This document shows, piece after piece, positions 8,195 to 16,743 of a stretch of 18,011 nt of DNA (its first letter is position 1; every line of letters begins with the position of its first letter). Source of the DNA: Candidatus Thorarchaeota archaeon. GTDB taxonomy: Archaea > Asgardarchaeota > Thorarchaeia > Thorarchaeales > Thorarchaeaceae. The position numbers and the translations under genes were made by a program. The DNA lies in contig SDNO01000032.1 of the NCBI GenBank assembly GCA_004524435.1, positions 1 to 18,011 of the forward strand, written 5' to 3'. The notes under the pieces were generated by a model, which saw only the letters and a program-made list of their open reading frames with translations, was not told where the DNA came from and searched no databases.

Positions 8195-8935
8195 ATGGCA
8201 GAGCAGTTCCTCAACAAACTGAACGAGATCGAGAAGAGCATAGAGTCTCTTGGAGAAACTCTGAAACGCATGATCACGATTCTGTCTACATTGAACGAGA
8301 TTAAGTCGGAAGTACGTGTTTCGAAGGAGGAAATCATCGATCGCATGAAGAAAATACCAGCTCAACCCGCAGGTGCCACTAGTGACGAAGCGGCCCAGAA
8401 GTTGATGGCTGAGGTTCAGTCGACAAAGGAGGAGCTCGTATCTGCCATGTCAGCGATGGCTGCATCGCAGGCCGGCGTGTCCCGAGAGGAAGTGAACGGA
8501 ATCGTCAAGTCAGAGATTGATGAATTGGGAAAGTTCATCATGGAGAGCCTAGAGGATCTGAAAGGGGACGTCCTCTCAGCTGTGAAGTCTGCACCCATAC
8601 CGGCACCTGCTGCGGCTCAAGCGACCGCTGAAACCGTGCCTGTGGCCTCGGAGTCTACGCTTGCTCCGGATCGCGCCATGAAGATTGCTGATCAGCTACA
8701 GATGATTCTAGATTCGTTGAAGATGGGCTGTGTCGCCGGGGATGTGTTGGAAACGATGAATGAGGCCAAGTCCAATATAATGTCAATAGTACCGAGCGAT
8801 CCAATAATGGTCAAGATAGACAAGTGGGCTGGCGTTGTGAAATCGTATTCGAAGAGGCATGAGCTTCAGGCACGGGATATTCTCAAACTGAAGAAGGACC
8901 TGCGCGAAGAGATTCCGAAGTACAGGCCTGCTTAG
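8195..8935 (+). CDS. Hypothetical protein: N-terminal coiled coil, Ala/Pro-rich linker, C-terminal globular region
   Basis: 246-aa ORF with an ATG preceded by ggtgat; no family recognised; 3' end overlaps the convergent CBS gene by 4 nt. Confidence 0.5.
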   Translation: MAEQFLNKLNEIEKSIESLGETLKRMITILSTLNEIKSEVRVSKEEIIDRMKKIPAQPAGATSDEAAQKLMAEVQSTKEELVSAMSAMAASQAGVSREEVNGIVKSEIDELGKFIMESLEDLKGDVLSAVKSAPIPAPAAAQATAETVPVASESTLAPDRAMKIADQLQMILDSLKMGCVAGDVLETMNEAKSNIMSIVPSDPIMVKIDKWAGVVKSYSKRHELQARDILKLKKDLREEIPKYRPA

Positions 8936-9336
8936 TCGTCCGAAGCTCCACCTGCAATGAGCTTCATAGTGGCCAGAACGCGTATCAGGTCTGTCGCTGT
9001 TATGATTCCGATTGTCTGGTCATCAGCCACAACTGGAATATGTTTCTTCCCTGTCTTATCCATCAGGGAAATAGCCTGCCACAGATCTGCTTCCGGCGAT
9101 ACACTGACGACATGACTCGTCATGATGTCCTCCACCCTAAGGTCCTCGTAGGCCTCTGGAGATAGCAAATGTGAGGATATGAGGTCCCTTCGAGTCACAA
9201 TCCCTACCATAGTATCTCCTTTTGTGATGACAAGACTGCCGATATCTTCTGCAGCCATGAGTTTTGCTGCCTCTGACACCCTCGTCGAAGCATCTGAGGT
9301 CACAAGGATAGAAGTCATGAATTCCCGCACTTGCAT
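8932..9336 (-). CDS. CBS-domain pair protein
   Basis: Two tandem CBS motifs (VREFMTSILVTSDASTRVSEAAKLMAAEDIGSLVITKGDTMVGIVTRRDL and VEDIMTSHVVSVSPEADLWQAISLMDKTGKKHIPVVADDQTIGIITATDL); 134 aa. Confidence 0.85.
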   Translation of the reverse strand: MQVREFMTSILVTSDASTRVSEAAKLMAAEDIGSLVITKGDTMVGIVTRRDLISSHLLSPEAYEDLRVEDIMTSHVVSVSPEADLWQAISLMDKTGKKHIPVVADDQTIGIITATDLIRVLATMKLIAGGASDD

Positions 9337-9370
9337 TGCCTATGTACTCCTCTCTGTAGAACTACCGTAA

Positions 9371-9976
9371 CTACATCGCTGTATCACGTTGTTCCTGCAG
9401 CTTTCTCTCCAGAATAAGAGTGGCCATCTCCTTGAAGACATCCACGACGGCTGTTCCTGTCTTAGCTGAGGTTTCGTAATACGGTGCTTGAAACCAGTCC
9501 CGAAGCATGTGCCCTGGCTCACGTGGCACCATCCTCGCTTCTTCAAGGTCTGTCTTGTTAGCCGCCAATACCACTTCTGCATCCGGACAGGTCTCTCTAA
9601 ACGATTCAAACCAATTGTTCATGGCCATGAATGTCTCAGGCCGTGTAACGTCATAGACAATGATTGCGCCTGCAGCCCCCTTCATGAACTGCCTTCGCAG
9701 TTCTCTATACGTTTCCTGGCCGCCCATGTCCCAGATCACAAGGCGCACATTTCGGGTTTCACTGTCACCGGATATGATAGAAACGTCCTTGCTAGCGAAC
9801 GTTGTACCGATGGTCTGCTTATACTCTTCATCAAACAAGTTCTCAGTGAAACGCCGCAAGACAGAGGTCTTGCCAACCCTAGCATCCCCTAGCAGAACCA
9901 CCCGGAACTTGAATCCGTTAAAACCTCCATTGTCTGTGGAGCCTCTGCTGGAAGAACTAGCATTCTCTGATGTCAT
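9371..9976 (-). CDS. Ras-superfamily small GTPase, Rab/Ras-like, paralog of 4644..5246 with a Ser/Gly-rich N-terminal extension
   Basis: G1 GDARVGKT, switch I TIGTTF, G3 WDMGGQ, G4 NKTD, G5 ETSAK; shares AIIVYDVTRP.TF with the first GTPase. Confidence 0.85.
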   Translation of the reverse strand: MTSENASSSSRGSTDNGGFNGFKFRVVLLGDARVGKTSVLRRFTENLFDEEYKQTIGTTFASKDVSIISGDSETRNVRLVIWDMGGQETYRELRRQFMKGAAGAIIVYDVTRPETFMAMNNWFESFRETCPDAEVVLAANKTDLEEARMVPREPGHMLRDWFQAPYYETSAKTGTAVVDVFKEMATLILERKLQEQRDTAM

Positions 9977-10072
9977 CTGCTTGTACCTCTGCTGGTTGGC
10001 TGCTTTTCTCCGTCTACCCGTATTCGTCAGGGATGAGTGTCTTATATGTTTTCTTCGCAGTTTCTACTCCTG

Positions 10073-11746
10073 TCAATAGGGTTTCTGGTAGGTGCCTTCT
10101 TGGGCCAGAAGCATCTCGAATGCTACCACTGGGCTTCCTATCTCGAAATTAGTGAGCACCGTAGGCGAAACCTCCCCGACAATGCCCACGTCCTTCTTAT
10201 CTACGAGTATCCTTGCTGCTCGCCCATCGATGAAACATGAATCTATGGAGGATTGGAACTTGAAACGACCCTCTAGGCCCAGCCCTCTTAGAACAAAGGC
10301 TAGCTCGCGAAGGAGTTCTGTCACATCCACTTGGGTATTGGTTATGAGGGCGCAGAGTGATGTCAGTTGCTGTGTTCTTGTTTCTGCATCTTTGTCAGGC
10401 AGGACAATATCTCCCACCTCGAACACTTTCTGTGGGTAGTCCGCATGTTGGTTCCTTCCGGCGAAATCAAGAAGGACCGGGAGGAGTGAGTTCCTTAGAA
10501 CAGAGAAGTCCCTACTCTTCGGATTCGCTGTCCCCACATACGGAGTGGTCCTTTCCATCTTCTCGTTAAGTACCTCCGGTGACGTCATGATATAGCTCAT
10601 GATTTCTTGGAAACCGGTCCCAACCATTAATTCGCGGGTCTTATTCTTGAGGCGAGTCATGGGGCGAACCCCTCCTACAGTCATAGTTCCCGGCAGGGTC
10701 GGATCTATGTTATCGAACCCGTAGCCTATGGCGACATCTTCGATTATGTCCCAAGGGTGCAGAATGTCCACGCGGAATGCTGGTACCTTGACCTTAGCCG
10801 TTCCCTTGCTCACCTTGGCACCATAACACATTCGTTTCAGACTCGCTTGTATCTCCTTGTAGGTCACGTCCAGTCCGAGGAGACGTCTAATCTCTTCCAC
10901 ATCTACCTCCATTTCACGAGGAGTGAGCTCCGGTGTCTGTACCACAGGGCCATTTGGATAGGAAACTTCAACTGATTCTATCTTTCCTCCACGTTCAGCC
11001 AGAGATGTCGTCATGATATTGAGACACTGCTCCACGGTGGGCAGATGAGTTCCTGTCACTTCGACGAAGATGTTGTGTGTATCCTCAGAGATTCGCCCTA
11101 GGTCGTTGCTATTGATGATTGGGGGCAGGCTGAGAATCTTGCCTCCACTGTCAACTAGCAAGGGCCATCTCTGAAAACCAGAGATAATGGGCCCAAACTC
11201 CACACCCTTCTCATGCCGCTGCAGTATCGTTGGGCCGTCCATTCTCTCGTCGTGGCCTAAGGGGACAAACTCAATCCTTTCAGGGAGCTCGGTCTCGTAG
11301 TATATGGGGAACTTAAGGTCATCATAGACATAGAGCCCTATGCTTGCCTTTCTCCGATTCCGGCCATGGGTGGATGTGAGCATCTCCTGGAGACGCATGT
11401 ACTCCTTGATCAGCTGGTCACTGGTTTCAACGCCTTTGACGATTCCACAAGAGATGTACTTCCTGATTTTGTCAAGCCCCTTCTTGACAACAATCTTCTT
11501 GCAGGAGTTTCTGACAGGGAACTTGGGGAGACCGGGGTCGATATCAAGGAATGCCCGCAAAGCTCTTGCCACTCCCTCGGTCGAGAGCATGTCCTGTCTA
11601 TCAGGATTGATCTCGATATCTATCGTATCCTCACCGAACCCCTCCACTTCAGCTTTCAGGAGGAACAGCTTATCCTCTAGCTGCTCTCTTGACATCTTAC
11701 GACCTACGAGCCTCAGAAGACTATCGATAATACATGTTACAATCAT
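10073..11746 (-). CDS. pheT: Phenylalanine--tRNA ligase beta subunit (archaeal type)
   Basis: 557 aa with the archaeal PheT N-terminus (DSLLRLVGRK...LEDKLFLLKAEVE), B3/B4 and catalytic-like domains; 6 nt downstream of pheS on the same strand. Confidence 0.9.
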   Translation of the reverse strand: MIVTCIIDSLLRLVGRKMSREQLEDKLFLLKAEVEGFGEDTIDIEINPDRQDMLSTEGVARALRAFLDIDPGLPKFPVRNSCKKIVVKKGLDKIRKYISCGIVKGVETSDQLIKEYMRLQEMLTSTHGRNRRKASIGLYVYDDLKFPIYYETELPERIEFVPLGHDERMDGPTILQRHEKGVEFGPIISGFQRWPLLVDSGGKILSLPPIINSNDLGRISEDTHNIFVEVTGTHLPTVEQCLNIMTTSLAERGGKIESVEVSYPNGPVVQTPELTPREMEVDVEEIRRLLGLDVTYKEIQASLKRMCYGAKVSKGTAKVKVPAFRVDILHPWDIIEDVAIGYGFDNIDPTLPGTMTVGGVRPMTRLKNKTRELMVGTGFQEIMSYIMTSPEVLNEKMERTTPYVGTANPKSRDFSVLRNSLLPVLLDFAGRNQHADYPQKVFEVGDIVLPDKDAETRTQQLTSLCALITNTQVDVTELLRELAFVLRGLGLEGRFKFQSSIDSCFIDGRAARILVDKKDVGIVGEVSPTVLTNFEIGSPVVAFEMLLAQEGTYQKPY

Positions 11747-11752
11747 CTCATC

Positions 11753-13306
11753 TCACCTCGCGAAGTACTTCCTTCTGATGTATGTAAGGTCACGACTGAA
11801 CACATTCCGAATGTCATCGATGTCCATCGCCGCCATATACATTCGACTGGCTCCTAGCCCCCATGCCAAGACGGTTTCCTTAATGCCTAGGGGATGTGTG
11901 ACCTCGGGTCTGAAGATGCCTCCGGGCGCAACCTCAATCCATCCCAAGGTCTCGTGCTTAGCATACCCTTCGACGCTTGGCTCTGTGAAGGGGAACTGCC
12001 CTGGTTTGAACTTCAGCTTCTTGATTCCCACACTTCTGCATATTTCTCGGATGTAGCCCATGAGGTCTCTCAGCGTTAGGCCTTCATCCCATATGATGCC
12101 CTCACATTGATCGAACTCCTGAGCATGAGTGGCACTCAGAGTTTCTGATCTGAAGTTTCGATCAATGATGAACATCTTATGAGGAGGCTCGTAATGAGAC
12201 GCTAGATACCTCATAGAAACAGGTGTTGTGTGGGCGCGCAGGCAGAGCCTAGTGGCAATCTCTCTGCTGAACTTCGCCTCCCAACCCGTTGAACCTGTTT
12301 TTCCTCCGTCTTCGTGAACTGCCTTGACTTGTTCGAAATGCTTCTCGTCAGGAATCTTTCCATGGCTATATGGTTCATCGACACGGAATTGGTCTTGAAC
12401 ATCTCGAGCAACATGATCCTGAGGAACAAAGAGGACGTCATTATTCCAGAACTCGGTTTCAACAAAGGGTCCCCACCATTCTGTGAATCCCAAACCTATA
12501 AGCTCCTCCTTAAGCCAGTCAACAAATTCGGCATAAGGATGCTTCCTGCCAACGTTGGCGGGAGGTGGGATGATCTCCATGTTATAGGGCTTAAATTCTC
12601 TGCCCCTCCATTGACCTGAGGCGAGCATCTCCGGAGTGAGATTGAGGATCCCGCCACTCTCCGGGCCAATCAGTGATCTAGCCTTAGACTCCTCAATCGC
12701 AAGCGAAGCGAGAAAAACCTTCTCTGTGCTGGTTTCTACAAGGGTTCGAGTCTGTGCCTGAACGAGACCGTCTAGAAGGCTCTCCTCAATCCCAGGTTCT
12801 CCATCCTTCAGCAGTTCCAGCAGTTCTTGGACCTGGGAATGGGTCTCATCCTTCTCCACCGTGAGGATTGTACGTCCTTCTCTCTTTGATATGCTCAGCC
12901 ATCCATTCTTGCGACACCAGCTGATGGCAATCCCCTTTGTCTCTTCGCTGAGACCGGCAGCAGAAACAGCAGCATCCATCTCTGCTGATCCTCCAGATTT
13001 CCTGACAGCCTCAAAGAGTCGGAGTTCGGGTAGTCCCTCTGTTGCGTACGCGAGTCCTTCATCGGTCAACTCATAGGATTCAATCTCTTGAATCTCCAAC
13101 TCAATAAGGGACTTCTCAGCCAGAGAGTTAAGAATTGATACGACCCTTTCTGGCCTCTCATTGAGCTTTTCGGCCAGTGATATTGCCTGAACTTTCTTGT
13201 CTATCTCGACAAGCTCTGAGAGTACTGTCCTCTCTCCTTCTGTCAGCTGGATATCATCAATCACTCCATACCAGAACTCCTGATTGTGTTGGTTCATCGG
13301 GGACAC
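11753..13306 (-). CDS. pheS: Phenylalanine--tRNA ligase alpha subunit (archaeal/eukaryotic type)
   Basis: 517 aa; N-terminal winged-helix repeats and a C-terminal class II aaRS core (FRVDEPYSHG..., ...FKPGQFPFTEPSVEG, GWIEVAPGGIFRPEV). Confidence 0.9.
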   Translation of the reverse strand: MSPMNQHNQEFWYGVIDDIQLTEGERTVLSELVEIDKKVQAISLAEKLNERPERVVSILNSLAEKSLIELEIQEIESYELTDEGLAYATEGLPELRLFEAVRKSGGSAEMDAAVSAAGLSEETKGIAISWCRKNGWLSISKREGRTILTVEKDETHSQVQELLELLKDGEPGIEESLLDGLVQAQTRTLVETSTEKVFLASLAIEESKARSLIGPESGGILNLTPEMLASGQWRGREFKPYNMEIIPPPANVGRKHPYAEFVDWLKEELIGLGFTEWWGPFVETEFWNNDVLFVPQDHVARDVQDQFRVDEPYSHGKIPDEKHFEQVKAVHEDGGKTGSTGWEAKFSREIATRLCLRAHTTPVSMRYLASHYEPPHKMFIIDRNFRSETLSATHAQEFDQCEGIIWDEGLTLRDLMGYIREICRSVGIKKLKFKPGQFPFTEPSVEGYAKHETLGWIEVAPGGIFRPEVTHPLGIKETVLAWGLGASRMYMAAMDIDDIRNVFSRDLTYIRRKYFAR

Positions 13307-13639
13307 GTACCTCGTGCGAACTACATGGACCCAAAAAGCAATTCTTCACGGGATTGCACGAAATTGGCGGTACATTCCACCGTTCACCTGTAGATGTTTC
13401 AGGACTGGATGTTGCTTTTTAATCTGTCGTATCTCGGGTACCGTTTTGGTTCTTCTGTCTGCTATTCAAAGGTTCAATCTAACATCTCCGGAACCATAAG
13501 ATTCGCCGCAATGCAGAACACAGTGTGATGACATGTCGCAATCTTCAAATACTGTGCATAATTGACTAGCGGTAGGCAGTTGCCCTCGGCAGACTCCTTC
13601 TGGTGAAGCTCATCGGTTGACAGCATAGAGGCGAGAAGA

Positions 13640-14716
13640 TTGGACCTGAAACGATTGAAACTCAAGCGGAAGATAGCAGAACTGAAGGAGATGAAAGGCC
13701 GTCATAGCTCGTTTACAACTTTGTACATCCCTCCAGACAAGAATCTAGTCGATGTAATCAACTTCGTCAAACAAGAGCTGGCCGGAGCTGAGAACATCAA
13801 GAGCAAAACAAACCGCAAGAATGTTTCAGATAATCTGACTGCCATCTTGAGCGAACTTACGAAAATCCCAGAGCTTCCAGAAAACGGTATTGCATTCTTC
13901 TTCGGGATTGAGGAAGAAGGAGGCACCCAAGAGGAGATCCGAGATATGGTGGTTCCGCCTGCGCCTATCTCTCAGTTCTCATACATCTGTGGTCGAGAAT
14001 TCGTGACTGAAGAACTCGAGAGCATGGTGGAGCCGAAAAGTCTCTCCGTCATAGTCCTCATCGAGGGCGGCAAGGTTACCATTGGATATCTACGAGGAAA
14101 GCACATCGAACTCGTACGGGACGAGGACTTCTATATCATCGGAAAGACTCGAGCGGGGGGACAGAGTGCTCGTCGATACGACCGCATTCGCGATGAGAAG
14201 ATGCAGGAGTTCTTCAAGTACGTGGGTAATCTCCTCAACGAGATGCTCATCGATGAGCTGGACAAAGTCGATGCCATTATCCTCGGCGGAAACACGATTC
14301 GTGCGCAGGAGTTCCTTGAGAAGGGCGAGCTCGATTATCGACTGAAGGAGAAGGTTGCCGACCAGATTATTCCTGTCGGCATGGTTGATGAAACGGGACT
14401 ATACCAGGCAGTCAAAGAGGCATCTAGAATAATGCGTGAGAGCGAGATATATGCTGAGCGCAAGGCTTGGGACTCGTTTATGGAGGATCTCATGAAGGGT
14501 ATGAATACGGTGACCTATGGCAAGAAGGAAGTGATGCAGGCTCTCGAACAGGGTAGAATCGATACAGTCATGATTCTGGAGGGACACAAGCTTCTGGACG
14601 AACTGGTCACAGAAGTGGAGAACTACGGTACCGAGATCATGGTCTTCTCAAGCCAGACTGAGTCGGGCGCCCAGCTCGAATCGCTCGGCGGGATTGCAGC
14701 GCGACTGCGATGGTAG
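13640..14716 (+). CDS. prf1: Peptide chain release factor aRF1 (eRF1 homolog)
   Basis: NIKS motif (ENIKSKTNRKNV) in domain 1 and GGQ motif (RAGGQSARRY) in domain 2; apparent TTG start, no in-frame ATG/GTG upstream before the stop at ~13604. Confidence 0.85.
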   Translation: MDLKRLKLKRKIAELKEMKGRHSSFTTLYIPPDKNLVDVINFVKQELAGAENIKSKTNRKNVSDNLTAILSELTKIPELPENGIAFFFGIEEEGGTQEEIRDMVVPPAPISQFSYICGREFVTEELESMVEPKSLSVIVLIEGGKVTIGYLRGKHIELVRDEDFYIIGKTRAGGQSARRYDRIRDEKMQEFFKYVGNLLNEMLIDELDKVDAIILGGNTIRAQEFLEKGELDYRLKEKVADQIIPVGMVDETGLYQAVKEASRIMRESEIYAERKAWDSFMEDLMKGMNTVTYGKKEVMQALEQGRIDTVMILEGHKLLDELVTEVENYGTEIMVFSSQTESGAQLESLGGIAARLRW

Positions 14717-14726
14717 TATCTCAGCT

Positions 14727-15206
14727 CTATTCTTTCGGCGGTCTGGGAAGTTCGCTCAGATTGACAATGTCTTCCACCCAAGCTGCAAGATTTTGCGAAA
14801 TCTCTTCTGTGTATCTAACCAAGACTTCTTGGAATCTATGGAGTTTCTCCTGATCGAGCTTCTTGGTCTTTGACCTGTAATCCTCAACTCGTTTCGGTAA
14901 ACCCATGGCCCATTTCTTAAGGCTTATCTCCGCCTTGCGGTCGGAGAGAATCCGTTTCGCGGTTCTGCTATTTCTCCAGGACTCAATCAGGTCTTCAGTG
15001 AGCCGCTGAACGCCAATGAGGGCTGCAACAGCCTCTTTTGCATCTTCCTTCTTGTCGGGACTACGAGTTGTATAGTATACCTCCTTCAGCTCGCGTTTCG
15101 CGTTCATGACCTTACCAAGGAAACTCCTAAGTTCTCGCATGTTTCTCACGTGGGTGTTTGGCAACATTACTCTTTTGCATCTATTGTGGTTCAGAAACCC
15201 GACCAC
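14727..15206 (-). CDS. Hypothetical basic, all-helical protein (159 aa; may start at the internal Met, MLPNTH...)
   Basis: Lys/Arg/Glu-rich sequence with no hydrophobic segments; 6 nt downstream of the 15213..15932 gene on the same strand (likely co-transcribed); convergent with aRF1. Confidence 0.45.
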   Translation of the reverse strand: MVGFLNHNRCKRVMLPNTHVRNMRELRSFLGKVMNAKRELKEVYYTTRSPDKKEDAKEAVAALIGVQRLTEDLIESWRNSRTAKRILSDRKAEISLKKWAMGLPKRVEDYRSKTKKLDQEKLHRFQEVLVRYTEEISQNLAAWVEDIVNLSELPRPPKE

Positions 15207-15212
15207 TCTAGA

Positions 15213-15932
15213 CTAGACAACTGAGTACTGACACTTTCCATTCTGATTGAACGGACAGATTCTGCAGCTGTTTTTTGTTGCATTGGGTTTGGGCGGTCTT
15301 CTTCGGAACCAGTAGTCATCCATATTGCGCAACTGAGAAATCGTACGTGATGGTCTGAACCTGTCCACCATGACTCTTGCATGCCTACAAGTAAGGCAGT
15401 CTGCAATGCTTCTGTTCTGACATTGCATTGCATTCCTCTGAAGACAGTAGATGATTACTAGGCGAGTGGATGTGCAGGACACACCGGAGTCCTGAAGGGC
15501 CAAGGCGTATAGGCTGGCCTGGAAGAGGTCTTGTTCGCGCGCCTTCGTTGGCAGATACTTAGTGGGATACTTCCGCTCAATCATTGCCTCAAGAATTGCT
15601 ACCTCCTTGAACCGCAATACTGCAGCATCGAATCTTCCAGTGTATCTGTGTGTAAGCGAAATGACTTTCTCCTCTTTGAAGAGGTAGTTCTTGCGAGTAG
15701 CTTGGGAGTCAATCTTGAGGAAATCAGCTAGAGCGATTGGGGAAAGAGATGCACTTCGTATCCTTCCCCTGACTGAAGAAGACACGCCCATGCTCTTCGT
15801 CAGTGCGAGCAGAGCAATCCCTCCTATGAAAATCGAAAGGAGAACCAGGCTTGGGATTTCGCTCAGAACAGTCCCTCCATGATCCAGAGAATACCTGCTA
15901 TCACTGTGATGATAATCACCATGGCAAGGCAC
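15213..15932 (-). CDS. Putative membrane-anchored PD-(D/E)xK-family nuclease (RecB/Cas4-like motifs) with a C-terminal Cys-rich (Zn-ribbon/Fe-S-like) tail
   Basis: Hydrophobic segment IPSLVLLSIFIGGIALLALT near the N-terminus; YTGRFDAAV (GxhD), MIERK (ExK) ~17 residues later, QASLY (QhxxY) ~20 residues later; then CLQ..C..C..C and C-x2-C...C-x2-C-x7-C clusters. Assignment is from motif spacing only. Confidence 0.4.
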   Translation of the reverse strand: MPCHGDYHHSDSRYSLDHGGTVLSEIPSLVLLSIFIGGIALLALTKSMGVSSSVRGRIRSASLSPIALADFLKIDSQATRKNYLFKEEKVISLTHRYTGRFDAAVLRFKEVAILEAMIERKYPTKYLPTKAREQDLFQASLYALALQDSGVSCTSTRLVIIYCLQRNAMQCQNRSIADCLTCRHARVMVDRFRPSRTISQLRNMDDYWFRRRPPKPNATKNSCRICPFNQNGKCQYSVV

Positions 15933-16320
15933 CTTTTTGTCGGCACTGGCGGTGGCTTCCCTTGTTCTTCACTCGTGGCATGGAGATTGGTTCCCATCCG
16001 TTGTGCACGGCTGATTGAAGATCCATATATTCTGCGCAGGTGTAACCTGTATTCACAGAGATACTGGATTCTAAGTTCTGTGACCTGTCGAAACCCCGTC
16101 ATCCTCGATCGCTTCGAAGACATCTCTCTCAAACAGACAATCTTGGCCAATGCTCATAAGCTCCTACATCTTGTTTCGGTCCGTCATTTGAGATCGAATC
16201 GCATCCGTTCTGAAGGGGACAAACAAAGCAGCTTTATTTATATGAGTCCCGACAATGCATGTATGCGGCCAGTCTTGCAGCAACTGGATATGGGGAAAAC
16301 GAAGCAGGTGAGTATTCGAT

Positions 16321-16737
16321 ATGTCTGAGTATGATGGCGCGACAGCTGGTCGCGTTTTGACTTTTGATGAGAGTGAGAGTGTTTCCTTTCCGAATTCATT
16401 CAAGGAAGCCATGGGGACAGATCGCGGGCTTATGGTACTGGTACACAAGGACCGTCTCATCAAGATTTTCCCATTGGACGCCTCAGAAGTGAGCTACCTC
16501 TCTCTCGAAATCGGCAAGCTGACAAATGATTTCCTGACCCGTCTCTCACAGATATTCAAGAAGTCCGGACTGATTGACCTGCTTTTCTCTACTGGTGTTT
16601 GCCTGCGAGGAACCCGTTGTTTCTATGAGTGCTATTTCTCCCCGGATCAACTCACTGTTACACTCGACGAGTTGAGGGACTCACTGGGAGAACTGGACGG
16701 GGTAAGACGCGTCATAATCAGGGATGTAAGCAAGTAG
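16321..16737 (+). CDS. Hypothetical small protein: N-terminal SpoVT/AbrB-like swapped-hairpin segment plus C-terminal ACT-like fold (tentative)
   Basis: GRVLTFDESESVSFPNSFKEAMGTDRGLMVLVHKDRLIKIFPL resembles the AbrB/MazE DNA-binding hairpin; the C-terminal half has an alternating beta-alpha pattern; 138 aa. Confidence 0.4.
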   Translation: MSEYDGATAGRVLTFDESESVSFPNSFKEAMGTDRGLMVLVHKDRLIKIFPLDASEVSYLSLEIGKLTNDFLTRLSQIFKKSGLIDLLFSTGVCLRGTRCFYECYFSPDQLTVTLDELRDSLGELDGVRRVIIRDVSK

Positions 16738-16743
16738 CCCGTT

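Noticed and set aside
9977-10072. Possible independent promoter for the second GTPase (aaaacatataag on the minus strand, ~65 nt upstream of its ATG)
   Set aside because: Not rejected outright, but too weak to list as a feature: it is a single AT-rich motif in a 96-nt spacer with no further support, and read-through from pheST is equally possible.
11340-12056. 238-aa plus-strand ORF spanning the pheT/pheS junction, and 104-aa ORF 11366..11680
   Set aside because: Antisense to two well-supported aminoacyl-tRNA synthetase subunit genes; Ser/Leu-rich composition with no domain signal.
15879-16328. 149-aa plus-strand ORF in the region between the nuclease-like gene and the AbrB-like gene
   Set aside because: No motifs and an irregular composition; it overlaps the minus-strand gene start. 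This region more plausibly holds divergent promoters.
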